From Paraspadella gotoi (Eukaryota; Animalia; Chaetognatha): a stretch of 41,795 bases of DNA. The DNA lies in the NCBI GenBank assembly GCA_051294375.1, contig CM119269.1, positions 1,150,235 through 1,192,029 on the forward strand, in the 5' to 3' direction. The position numbers and the translations under genes are program-made. Shown one piece after another: positions 23,295 to 35,683 of the stretch. Every line of letters starts with the position of its first letter. Position 1 is the stretch's first letter. The notes below the pieces were generated by a model. The model saw only the letters and a program-made list of their open reading frames with translations. It was not told the origin of the DNA and ran no database searches.

Positions 23295-26190
23295 AAAAGT
23301 CGCGAAATCCAAGAAAAACCAGCGAATGGGCAAGAAAAATAGATGCCGTACCAAAAACGCCTTGTATGCGCTTGCCCATGGTGATCAACGTTCCAAGTGG
23401 ACATCCCAAAAGATCAAAGGGCCGTCTGATGTTGCAACACGGGCCGCGAGGGTCAAGCGATTGAAAGATCTGGATACCGAGGCGACAACTCAATTTGAGG
23501 GATGTGGAGATGCGAGCAGTCGGCGAAAGGATACCCACTACCAAGACGGAATGCGCCCAAGTCACCGAACACCGTGACGTGACCAGTTCGGAAAAACTTT
23601 CAATGAAGATGGGAAGGTACGGTTTGGAGTGCTTCCACGTGTCTAAGATTGATCATGTCGCACATATTACCCAAGCGAAGACGAAAGAGTGGGTGCTCGA
23701 TTGCTCGCTATGACTATCAAGCGCCGATACAGATGTCATTATCGGTTTCGAGTTCAGAAGAAGGTGGCGCGGACGGCTCAACTTTCAGCTCAACTCGGTG
23801 ACGAGGAAGATCAACGTCGTGTAATCAGCTGAAGTCCTGCCAGAGGGGACTGCTTTCGTGACACCTCACCAAAGTTCCTTCATGAGATCTTGACCCACGG
23901 AAGACGATCCTTGTGGGAAAGACATAGAGAAGGACATTCGGGAATTAATGAAATGATCGGATTCCATCCAGCCAAATCAGGAAAATAAGGTATATCGATG
24001 TCACCGAATGTTTTTTGGCTTATGCAGGCTCTCGGAGAGGGGGAACAGGAACCTCTGTCACTTCATCCTACGCAATAAATGGGTCAAGGACTTCGATGTT
24101 TCATTGGCTTCTTCTCAACTTCGCCTTTAGGGACCGTTTTTTAAGATAAACGAAGCCATCATCGGAATCACAGATCAGATTTCGGAGAAACTCGTGGCCT
24201 CTGTCCCCGGAGCCAGTTGTCCTATGCCGCCCTCGACGCCAAAGCCGCTCGCGATCTCGCCATCTAAAAATTATTACCATGCTTGGGTTGCAACCCGGCC
24301 AACTCGCTCGCCAGATATGCAGCCCAATTTTGGGATGGCTCACTCTTTAAGATCGCTAGTGCCTTTGAAAGAGACGAAGCATTCAAGACGAAAGCTCTAG
24401 GGATTTTCTCGAATCTTAAGAAGGCTCATACATTTCCGAAGAAGAGTTGCCGGAGGCTGAGATGGAGAAGACCAAGCGACGCAAGATTCGAGAAATTGCC
24501 CTAGCCAAGATGAAGATGCGCCGATCGAAGGAATATTCAGAGAATTTGTCTTCGGGGAGTGGCGAACCAGTCTCTCGTTCGCGGGATAAGAGGTTGAGAT
24601 ATGTGGCGCAATCCCTTTGTCCGCTCTTTGCGTCGCCAACCTGAACCGCTCACACGGCCCCTAACTCCGCCAGTTGCTCCTCCTCAAGATTGCCGCCATC
24701 ATCGTATCAACACCCTAAAAGTTCCGCCTTTGTGTCCAGACGCGAGTCACCTCGACCGGGTCGTGCCTCGGCATTGAAATTGCATATGCTAAAACAAAGC
24801 GGCGAGATTACTTCATTTCTGAAATCGATCCGGACTTCATCTCCGACCAAAACGAATGGTAAATTGGGTGGAGATCCTCACGGAACTCCAATGGACTCCA
24901 AAGAAGAATCAGCCAAAGGTTCGTTCGATTGCGCGAACGATGATGGGATTCTTCTTCGGGTCGCTCGCCTGCGCCGACTTTGTCTCCGCGATCCTCAGAA
25001 AGGAGTCTTTGGGTCAAGCCAAGCTCGCCGGCTTGATCAGCTAAATTATTTCTCTTTGTCCTCCAGCTGTTTTGCTGGACTACTTTCTCAATATATCAAA
25101 TCGCTCGGACACATTGAAAACTGTGGCCAAGAGCTTTCAGAAAAATCAAATTCGCTACAATGATAGGCCTCATAATTTCGGGATATAAGATGAAGGGCGC
25201 AATGACGGAAAAGCTTCGTTCTTGTGGTTTCTACGCGGGCTCGATAATATCGAGAATTTCGAGGAAAGATTTTCCCCATAACCGGTTGGCCCGATTTGTG
25301 CGAACCCTGTGCGAAGCACAAGGTATCGCCTCTCCCGGATATGTAACCATCTGGTCGTTTGTGAGGCCCGCGCCGACGTGCTCATCGAATCGTATTTGAG
25401 AGGCGAGACGGACAACACGACAATGTTCGAAGCCTGTAACGTCATCTCAACAGGTTCTGAAGAGATTTTCAAGCATGTGTGTGAAACGCATCGCAAGCGT
25501 CAGATTCAACTCTCGCCACATTCATCATGAGATTTGAGCGGCATAGCTACCGTCCATTTACGCCTGCTCCACATGATTCGTTTCGACCAAGCTGTACTCT
25601 GCCGTTCAACGATATCTTGCCAACTTGCCTCACCTGTGTGCGTGATGGCAATCTACACGGCAAGATAAATTAACGACAAACAATTTTGGGAAAATTTCGA
25701 GAAGCACTTCGTAGTTCCAAGAATGTCCGCGGTTGGGCTTTCAATTTACCTCTCCTGGATTTGGAGAAGACGCGCGTCGACTTCCTGTCCTTCTGCTGCA
25801 GTGGCGTGTCTTCCACTTTGTCCCAAAAGTCCATGGAACCCGCAAAGGACTTGGGCAGGATCCCTCGAAGATTCGCATCCGCGTCGGCTTTTCGTCTTCA
25901 GAAGGATTCGCCTCTTCGAGTATTTTTCGTCGTGACCTGTCATGGGTGCCGAGGAAGTGGGTCGACGCAGAAGACGTCTCTGCCAAACAGAATGGTTGGG
26001 AACCCACCATCGACGAAATATCTATCAAAGTGACGGGGCGACGCCTATTGTAAACGCGGCCTGAATTTTCTCGGCGACGTCCTGCCGACTTCGACCGCTC
26101 TCCGCCATCGCGCGATCAACGTCTGTCTTATTCGCGAATTTTGTACACGTTTTGCTCATTAGTGTGGATGAGCGGGACGCTCGATCATAG
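23295..26190 (+). CDS. Extra ORF (~950 aa reconstructed): DEDDy 3'-5' exonuclease, helical region and degenerate exonuclease-like domain; copy 3, the most complete
   Basis: ExoI DVIIGF[D]SE at 23732-23760 needs removal of one base. ExoII LVGKDIEKD is at ~23910-23935 and is clean in copy 1. ExoIII SQLSYAALDA is in frame at 24211-24240. Frameshifts differ between copies, as expected for read errors. The start codon is uncertain. Confidence 0.8.
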
Positions 26191-26204
26191 AAGAGAGGGA
26201 AGGA
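26189..26204 (+). promoter_or_regulatory. Polypurine tract (plus-strand primer)
   Basis: AGAAGAGAGGGAAGGA immediately before TG at 26205; identical in the inverted copy at 33424-33439. Confidence 0.75.
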
Positions 26205-26558
26205 TGATGGGGACAATTCCTTGTGGAACATCATCTAAGAGACTTATTGATCGCCGATGCGTATTGTTCATTTACTGTTCGTTTATTGTCCTTTTATTTG
26301 ATTAATACCTTTGTTCCCTATTACAGCATTGTGAGCATCGTGTTATACATATATTGAATAGGAAAGTACGTGTTCGAGTGTGTGTCCTAATCTAGTTGGC
26401 GTCCCCGTCTCTTGTGTATTCATATTCGCAGATCCTATACTGTGGGCAAACATTGTGGTCGACCGTGCGCCGTGTGGTTAACTGACATTGTAGTTCATAC
26501 GTTAGAGGGTCTCGTGCTTCTCAAGCCCGGCCGGCGCCCGCCGGCATCGCCCACAACA
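26205..26558 (+). mobile_element. Putative 3' LTR, ~354 bp
   Basis: Starts TGATGGGG right after the PPT and ends CCCACAACA (reverse complement TGTTGTGGG), giving TG...CA with imperfect terminal inverted repeats. The 3' boundary is inferred because no 5' LTR is available. Confidence 0.7.
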
Positions 26559-27390
26559 TGAAGTCTTTATTTAAGCTGACACTAGCCAGGGCAACCTGTA
26601 GCGATCCATGACCTATAAAATGTCCTACCTGGGGATTGGATAATTTTATGGAGAAGTGGGAAAATATAATTAACGTATCATTAGAAGGTTATCGCTATTG
26701 TTTTTCACGGTGTTACACTAATTTATGAAATTAGTACAACCAATATAAAAATGATCCATTTATTTAATAAATAAGCTATCTTGCCTTTGCTATCTTTGAC
26801 TTTGGCTTTTGTCGTTTAAGGCCTCCATCACTCTTACAAGATAATGACATAGCAGGTCCCTGCGAGCTTTCACTCAAGACTCTCCCACAATCTCGTTTAT
26901 TCACTCCCAGAGTACCTGGCTTCCCTATCAATGAAGTGTTATTCCCTCGCTCGCCTAATTCCGCTTGAGTTTCCTCCAATCCGTCATGACATCAAAATCA
27001 TCCCCGCGACGGAAAACCGTCGACATAATCATCAACTTATGATAGGAGCCAATATGAAGCGGCTTGATTGCAGCCTCGGTTTGACGACGTGTTGCCTTTC
27101 ACGACGTCCGATGTCGATGAGCGATGATTCGATTTTCTAGTCTCGTCGTTAAATTCGCGCCGTCGCGCCGTGGCGCCGCGTCGCCGTCACGCCGCGTGGC
27201 CGCGGCGCGATAAAAATAAATACATACGTGTGAAAAAAAAAACTACTACGTAAATCGTTCGATTCGATTTTCGCCGTCAGGAAGCGGGAGAAAAAATTTA
27301 CTAATTAGGGAATCAATTAAAGGATAGTATTTGATTTGAAGCCGCAGGCATTTTCAATGAAGCAACAGATTTAAGGGAGAACGGCACGAA

Positions 27391-27437
<47 letters not shown>

Positions 27438-29218
27438 GTATGCCTCATTTCATCTTGTTACCTTCCGTATCATTTGCTGGCGTCATCCAAATTTGAGCCT
27501 TTTAATGCTTAAATTTTTAAATGAAGCTTAATATTCACGCTCACGATTTATCTATCGGTTCAAATTTAATCTTTGATTGTCGAACCCCAAAAATATAAAA
27601 ATCTATACATAACAATTTAATTTCTCTTACCGAATTTTACAGAATCTTACCGAATCTCACAGTCTCGTTTATTCACTCCCAGAGTACCAGGCTTACCTAT
27701 CAATGAAGTGGCATAATATTTCAAAGAATATTTCAATTGTATAAAAAGACCACTCCCTTAAGTATTAGATCGGGGAATACTATTGTTATGCCGGTCATGA
27801 CTAGACACGACCGTGGCCGTGGGACTCGACGACGAGATGATATCTGACTGCTGCCTCGTCCGTTTCTCCGCGAAGAAAAGAACCGAAAGAAAGGATATCA
27901 CGATTATTTTTATTGTTAGAAACGTCGCGCGAGAGAGAAATTAGTGCCTCTCGAAAAACCCACGGACGTTAAACGCTTTTAACTCTCAGCGTTGGTAGTT
28001 TAAATTTTAAGTGTTTTTATTCTCACGTTTTTAACCTTTTACCGTCGAAATTAAACTCATTAATTTCATCCACCGTTTTTATAAACTCAAACTTTTATCT
28101 CCGTTCTTCGTCGCCAATTTGTTGATAAATAAACTTACCAACCAGTTCCAAATTCTTAGCGTCCTTTAATGAAACCAAAAGTCAGTCAACGAAAAAGTAC
28201 AGCAAATCGAGAGAGGCACGAACAACTATATTGTACTCCGCTCAGCAGAAAAGTACGAGCTGAATTTTATGAAATTGGTACAACCAATATAAAAATTATC
28301 CATTAATTTAATAAATAAGCTATCTTGCCTCTGACGTATATTGTTTCTTTTTTTCAACCTTTTATAATACAAAAAAATATATAAATAAGGCGCCAAATCA
28401 GCTGAAGACCACTGTCGGTAATTTCTTTGTCAACCCTCGCCAGCAATGGCACTATTCACCAGGAATTTTCTAGCCCACAAGCCAATGCAAGTCAAGGCAT
28501 CTTACTTCCATCCTAATGCCGTATTATAAGTACCTTTGGGGAATATTCCTTTTTTAAAGAATTTGATTTATTAAGTAGATAAGGCTCAATTGGGGATGAT
28601 GGCTAAATCCAATGAGCCAGGGGGTCACAACTGAAGTTGCCATTTTGGAAGGGCGAACTAGTCGCGATGCCCTTAAGATAAATTGACAGACCGACCAAAA
28701 AAAAATATATCGCGTTTTATCGCAGTTGAGAATAACCCCAATGAAGAGGCCTCCGCTTTGTCGACGAACAACTCACGTTATTTTCCATTAGTAAAGCGGA
28801 GGAAGGGAGAAAAGGAAATTCGCTTTCCGTCCCGAGGATAAACAATACAGTTAATTACGTTCGGAAAACGGCGTTCTCCGCTACGGATATGGAATAAAAT
28901 ATTCCGTTGGGCTCGCCGTTAAGAATTTATGGTCTCATTTAATTTCAGTCCGCCAAGAAAGGAAGATTAATTTTAGTTCCGAGTTCTGAGGGAAGAGGGA
29001 GCACGGAGTCTCGCGTCTGGCGTCGGTTGAAAAGCTTCGCTGAATTTACTTTACCTTACATTTAAGAAATAAAGATTTTTGAGGTCGAATGATAAAGGAG
29101 AGAATAAAGTCAAGCAGCAAGGCTACTTGACAAAAACTAATACAAAAAATGTGACGTGTGATGCGGATTGCAGAGTAACATAGTTCGTGATAATTTAGAT
29201 CTTTGTGGAAAATGGCGG

Positions 29219-29270
29219 CCTTGCCTTGCCTTGCCTTGCCTTGCCTTGCCTTGCCTTGCCTTGCCTTGGC
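29219..29270. repeat. (CCTTG)n pentanucleotide repeat
   Basis: Also at 30228-30307 (inverted) and 36583-36656 within the duplicated blocks. Confidence 0.9.
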
Positions 29271-29406
29271 CCTTTTCCGGCGGTAAATCTTAATTTCTAC
29301 TTTCTTTTCTTTCATCAAATTTCAGTTAAGAGCAATATGAAATAGTTCTTCCTATAAACGATTGGCTACGGATATCTCTCTCTCTCTCCTCTCTCTCCTC
29401 TTCTCT

Positions 29407-29443
<37 letters not shown>

Positions 29444-30047
29444 TCTCTCCTCCTCTCTCTTTCCTTTTTTTTTCAGTTTGTTGACGTCTTATGTTCGACG
29501 GGACAACANNNNNNNNNNNNNNNNNNNNNNNNNTCTCTCTCTCTCTCTTTCCTTTTTTTTTCCAGTTTGTTGACGTCTTAGTTCGACGGGACACAATTTC
29601 TTATCAAAACAAAATCCTTTGAGCGAGTGAAGGAATGGAGAGATGGAAAATCAATAATGCTAAAATGAAAAAAAAATAAGGAGAAAAATAATATAATATA
29701 AAAAGTTTTAAAAAACCATAAAATGATATTGGTTTTTATGTTTGAGGATCGTTTAAGCCGTCGCTGTTATTTTACCTTTTGAAATTATAAGTAGATATTA
29801 TAATCTATGATAAAATTGGCGGAATCGAAAGAAATTTATTATTGTCAAATGAACTGAATATTATCGGTTGACGTTGATACAAAAAAAAATGTTGTTTGAA
29901 TTTTTGTTGCAGTTTACGTTGTTTTGGCAAAGGATCAATATTGCTTCTTCTTTCCTCCACAGAAAAAAANNNNNNNNNNNNNNNNNNNNNNNNNTGTTGT
30001 CCCGTCGAACATAAGACGTCAACAAACTGGAAAAAAAAAGGAAAGAG

Positions 30048-30105
<58 letters not shown>

Positions 30106-33043
30106 AGAGAGGAGAGAGAGAGAGATATCCGTAGCCAATCGTTTATAGGAAGAACTATTTCATATTGCTCTTAACTGAAATTTGATGAAAGAAAAGAAAG
30201 TAGAAATTAAGATTTACCGCCGGAAAAGGGCAAGGCAAGGCAAGGCGAAGGCAAGGCAAGCGCAAGGCAAGGCAAGGCAAGGCAAGGCAAGGCAAGGCAA
30301 GGCAAGGCCGCCAAGGATTTTCCACAAAGATCTAAATTATCACGAACAATGTACTCTGCAATCCGCATCACACGTCACATTTTTTGTATTAGTTTTTGTC
30401 AAGTAGCCTTGCTGCTTGACTTTATTCTCTCCTTTATCATTCGACCTCAAAATCTTTATTTCTTAAATGTAAGGTAAAAGTAAATTCAGCGAAGCCTTTC
30501 AACCGACGCCAGACGCGAGACTCCGTGCTCCCTCTTCCCTCAGAACTCGGAACTAAAATTAATCTTCCTTTCTTGGCGGACTGAAATTAAATGAGACCAT
30601 AAATTCTTAACGCGAGCCCAACGGAATATTTTATTCCATATCCGTAGCGGAGAACGCCGTTCCGAACTTAATTAACTGTATTGTTTATCCTCGGGACGGA
30701 AAGCGAATTTCCTTTTCTCCCTTCTCCGCTTTACTAATGGAAAATAACGTGAGTTGTTCGTCGACAAAGCGGAGGCCTCTTCATTGGGGTTATTCTCAAC
30801 TGCGATAAAACGCGATATATTTTTTTTGGTCGGTCTGTCAATTTATCTTAAGGGCATCGCGACTAGTTCGCCCTTCCTAAATGGCAACTTCAGTTGTGAC
30901 CCCCTGGCTCATTGGATTAGCCATCATCCCCAATTGAGCCTATGTTACTTAATAAATCAAATTCTTTAAAAAAGGAATATTCCCCAAAGGTACTTATAAT
31001 ACGGCATTAGGATGGAAGTAAGATGCCTTGACTTGCATTGGCTTGTGGGCTAGAAAATTCCTGGTTACAAGACCATGAATCGTGCCATTGCTGGCGAGGG
31101 TTGACAAAGAAATTACCGACAGTGGTCTTCAGCTGATTGGCGCCTTATTTATATATTTTTTTGTAATATAAAAGGTTTGAAAAAAAGAAACAATATACGT
31201 CAGAGGCCAAGATTAGCTTATTTATTAAATTAATGGATTAATTTTTTTAGTTGGTTGTAGCCAATTTCCATAAATTCAGCTCGTATTTTCTGCTGGCGAA
31301 GTACAATATAGTTGTCGTGCCTCTCTCGATTTGCTATACTTTTTCGTTGACTGACTTTTGGTTTCATTAATAGGACGCTAAAGAAATTTGGACTGGGGAA
31401 TTAACTGGTTGGTAAGTTTATTTATCAAACAAATTGGCGACGAAGAACGGAGATAAAAGTTGAGTTTATAAACAAGGCGGTGGATGAAATTAATGAAGTT
31501 TTAATTTCGACGGTTAAAAGGTTGAAAAACGTGAGAATAAAAACACTTAAAATTTTAAACTTCCAAACGCTGAGAGTTAAAAGCGTTTAACGGTCCGTGG
31601 GTTTTTCGAGAGGCACTAATTCTCTCTCTGCGCGACGTTTCAACAATAAAAATTAATCGTGATATCCATTCTTTCGGTTCTTTCCTCTTGCGGAGAAACC
31701 GGACGAGGCAGCCAGTCAGATAATCATCTTCGTTCGTCGAGTCACGGCCACGGTCGTGTCTAGTTCATGACCGCATAACAATCAGTATTACCCCGAATCT
31801 AATACTAAGAGTGGTCTTTTTATACAATTGAAATATTCTTAAAAATATTATGCCACTTCATTGATAGGTAAGCGCTGGTACTCTGGGAAGTGAATAAACG
31901 AGACTGTGAGATTCGCGTAAGATTCTGTAAAATTCGGTAAGAGAAATTAAATTGTTATGTATAGATTTTTATATTTTGGGGTTCGACAGATCAAAGATAA
32001 ATTTGAACCGATAGATAAATCGTGAGCGTTGGTAAATATTAAGCTTTCATTTTAAAAATTTAAGCATTAAAGGCTCAAATTTGGATGGACGCCAGCAAAT
32101 GATACGGAGGTAACAAAGATGAAATGAGGCACTGGAGAGGGATACGAAAGGTGGAGAGAGAGGAGAGGAGAGAGAGAATGTTCGTGCCGTTCTCCTCTAA
32201 ATCTGTTGCTTCATGAAAATGCCTGCGGCTTCAAATCAAATACTTATCCTTTAATTGATTTCCCTAATTAGTAAATTTTTTCTCCCGCTTCCTAACGGCG
32301 AAAATCGAATCGAACGAATTTACGTAGTAGTTTTTTTTTCACACGTATGTATTTATTTTTATCGCGCCGCGGTCCACGCGCGTGACGGCGAACGCCGGCG
32401 CCAAACGGCGCACCGCGCGAAATTTAACGAACGAGACTAGACAAACGAATCATCGCTCATCGACATCGGAACGTCGTGAAAGGCAACACGTCGTCAAACC
32501 GAGCTGCAATCCAGGACCGCTTTTCATATTGGCTCCTATCAAAAGTTGATGATGTATGTCGGGACGTTTTCCGTCGCGGGGATGATTTTGATGTCATGAC
32601 GGAATTGGAGAGAAACTCAGACGGAATTAAGGCGAGCGAGGAAATAACACTTCATTGATAGGGGAAGCCAGGTCTCTGGGAGTGATAAACGCAGATTGGT
32701 GGGGAGTCTTGAGTGAAAGCTCGCAAGGGACCTGCTATGTCATTATCTTGTAAGAGTGATGGAGGCCTTAAACGAAAAAGCCCAAAGTCAAAGATAGCAA
32801 AGGCAAGATAGCTTATTTATTAAAAATAAATGGATCATTTATTATATTGGTTGTACTACATTTTCATAATAGTGTAACACCCGTGAAAAACAATAGCGAT
32901 AACCTTCTTAATGATACGTTAATTATATTTTCTCCAACTTCTCCAAAATTAAATTATCCATCCCCAGGTAGGACATTCTTATAAGGTCATGGATCGCTAC
33001 AGGTTGCCCTGGCTAGTGTCAGCTTAAATAAAAGACTTCAGGA

Positions 33044-33423
33044 TGTTGTGGGCGATGCCGGCGGGCGCGGCCGGGCTTTGAGAAGCACGAGACCCATCGA
33101 ACCGTATGAAACGTTACAATGTCAGATTAAAACCTACACGGCGCACGGTCGACCACAATGTTGCCCCACAGTATAGGATCTGCGAATATTGAATACACAA
33201 GAGACGGGGACGCCCAACTAGAATTAGGACACACACTCGAACACGTACTTTCCTATTCAATATATGTATAACACGATTGCTCACAATGCTGCGTAATAGG
33301 AAACAAAGGTATTAATCAAATTAAAAGGGACAATAAACGCCCAAGCAGTAAATGAAACAATACGCATCGGCGAATCAATAAAGTCTCTTAGATGATGTTC
33401 CACAAGGAAATTGTCCCCATTCA
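33044..33423 (-). mobile_element. Putative LTR, inverted copy
   Basis: Reverse complement of 26205-26558 with indel noise and the same flanking sequence. Confidence 0.7.
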
Positions 33424-33437
33424 TCCTTCCCTCTCTT

Positions 33438-35214
33438 CTATGATCGAGCGTCCCTCGTCCACACTAATGAAGCAAAACGTGTAACAAAATTCCGAATAAG
33501 ACAGACGTTGCATCGCGCGATGGGCGAGAGGCGGTCGAATGTCCGGCAGACATCGCCGAGAAAATTCAAGGACGCGTTTACAATAGGCGTCGCCCGTCAC
33601 TTTTGATAGATATTTCGTCGATGGTGGGTTCCCAACCATTCTGTTTGGCAGGGAAGTCTTCTGCCGTCGACCCACTTCCTCGGCACCCATGGACAGGTCA
33701 CGACGAAAATATACCGAAGAGGCGAAATCCTTCTGAGACGAAAAGCCGACGCGGCGATGCCGAATCTTGAGGATCCTGCCAAGTCCTTTGGCGGGTTGCC
33801 ATGGACTTTTGGGAACAAGTGGAAGACACGGCCACTCAGCAGAAGGACAGGAAGTCGACGCGCTCTTCTCCAAATCCAGCGCGAGAGGTATAATGAAGCC
33901 TCACCGCGACATCTTGGAACTACGAAGTGCTTCTCGAAAATGTTTCCCAAAATTTGTTTTGTCGTTAATTACTTGGGCCGTGTAGATTGCCATCACGCAA
34001 CAAGGTGGGCAAGTTGTGCAAGATATCGTTGAACGGCAGAGTACAGCTTGGTCGAAACGAATCATGTGGAGCAGCGGTAAATGACGGTAGGCTTATTCCG
34101 CTCAATCCATGATGAATGTGGCGACGAGTTGAATCTGACGCTGCGATGCGTTTCACACAAGCCTGAAAAATCTCTTCAGAACCTGTTGAGATGACGTTAC
34201 AGGTCTTCGAACAGTGTCGGTGTTGTTCCGGTACTCGCCTCTCAAATACGATTTCGCATGAGGCACGTCGGCGCGGGCCTTCACAACGACCAGATGGTTA
34301 CATATCGGGGAGGACCGATACCGTGGTGCCTTCGCAACAGCGTTCGCACAAAATCGGCAACCCGGTATGGGGAAAATCTTTCCTCGAATTCCGATATTTA
34401 TGCGAGCCCGGCGTAAAACCACAAGAACCAAGCCTTTTCCCGTCATTGCGCACCTTCATCTTATATCCCGAAATTAATGTAGGCCTATCATTGTAGGCGA
34501 TTTTGATTTTTCTTGAAAGCTCTTGGCCACAGTTTTCAATGTGTCCGAGCGATTTGATATATTGACAAAGTAGTCCAGCCAAAACAGCTGGAGGACAAAG
34601 AGAAAATAATTTAGCTGGGGATCAAGCCGGGCGAGCTTGCTTGACCCCAAAGACCTCCTTTCTCGAGGAATCGCCCGGAGAACAAAGTCGGCGAGGCGGG
34701 CGACCCGAGAAGAATCCGCATCATCGTTCGCGCAAATCGAACCGAACCTTTTTTTGGCGATTCTTCTTGGAGTCCTTTGGAGTTCGCGTGGAGGCATTCT
34801 CCACCCAATTTTACCATTCGTTTTGTCGGAGATGAAGTCGGATCGATTTCAAAATGAAGTAATCTCGCTTTGTTTTAGCATAAATGCAATTTCCAATTGC
34901 CGCAGGCACGACCCGGTCGAGGTGACTCGCGTTGGAACACAAAAGGCGGAACTTTTAGGGTGTGGATACCATGATGCGGCAATCTTGAGGAGGGAGCAAC
35001 TGGCGGAGTTAGGGCCGTGTGAGCGGTTCAGTTGGCCGACGCAAGAGCGGACAAAGGAAAATTGCGCCAACATATCTCAGACCTCTATATCCCGGCGAAC
35101 GAGAGACTGGTTCGCACTCCCCGAAGACAAATCTTCTGATCATTCCTTCGATCGGCGCATTCTCATCTTGGCTAGGGCAATTTTTTCGCTTCTCCGTCGC
35201 TTTTCGGTCTTCTC
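33438..35214 (-). CDS. Extra ORF copy 4 (C-terminal ~60%, inverted; probably redundant with copy 3)
   Basis: Reverse complement of ~24464-26190. Shares diagnostic substitutions and downstream flank with copy 3. Confidence 0.7.
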
Positions 35215-35289
35215 GTCGTCAGTCGTCGTCGTCGTTTTAGAAAAAAAAGGATTTATATCACAAAGAAAAAAAAAGAAAAGCCATGAAAA

Positions 35290-35658
35290 ACTGAACGATA
35301 CACTCTGCAATCTTGAAACCAAGCATTGAACGATACGCTCTGCAATCTTGAAACCAAGCACTGAACGATACGCTCTGCAATCTTGAAACCAAGCACTGAA
35401 TGATACGCTCTGTAATCTTGAAACCAAGCACTGAACGATACGCTCTGCAATCTTGAAACCAAGCACTGAATGATACGCTCTGCAATCTTGAAACCAAACC
35501 ATTGAATGATACACTCTGCAATCTTGAAACCAAGCACTGAATGATATGCTCTGCAATCTTGAAACCGAGCACTGAATGATACGCTCTGCAATCTTGAAAC
35601 CAAGCACTGAATGATACACTCTGCAATCTTGAAACCAAGCACTGAACGATACGCTCTG
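35290..35658. repeat. 35-bp minisatellite (GCACTGAATGATACGCTCTGCAATCTTGAAACCAA), ~10 units
   Basis: Head-to-tail units with period 35 and no spacers; ends at a 25-N gap. Confidence 0.95.
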
Positions 35659-35683
35659 NNNNNNNNNNNNNNNNNNNNNNNNN

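Larger units (their letters stand above)
21848..26558 (+). mobile_element. 5'-truncated Ty3/Gypsy-like LTR retrotransposon: pol tail, extra exonuclease ORF, PPT, 3' LTR
   Basis: Ordered, co-oriented integrase-tail motifs, a long extra ORF, a 16-nt polypurine tract and an immediately following TG...CA segment. No gag, protease, RT or 5' LTR is present here. Confidence 0.75.
24464..35214. repeat. ~5-kb inverted duplication (24464-29508 versus 29995-35214)
   Basis: The arms are reverse complements across element, LTR and flank. Both inner ends (GGGACAACA / TGTTGTCCC) abut 25-N gaps. Confidence 0.9.

Noticed and set aside
23295-26190. Programmed frameshifting or true pseudogene decay as the cause of the broken frame
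   Set aside because: Indels fall at different positions in each copy and also pervade non-coding duplicates, which fits long-read error. True status needs polishing.
23295-26190. Assigning a gene symbol (WRN, EXD2, EXD3/mut-7) or calling it env
   Set aside because: The motifs support the DEDDy family but not orthology. No helicase, signal peptide or transmembrane segment is seen.
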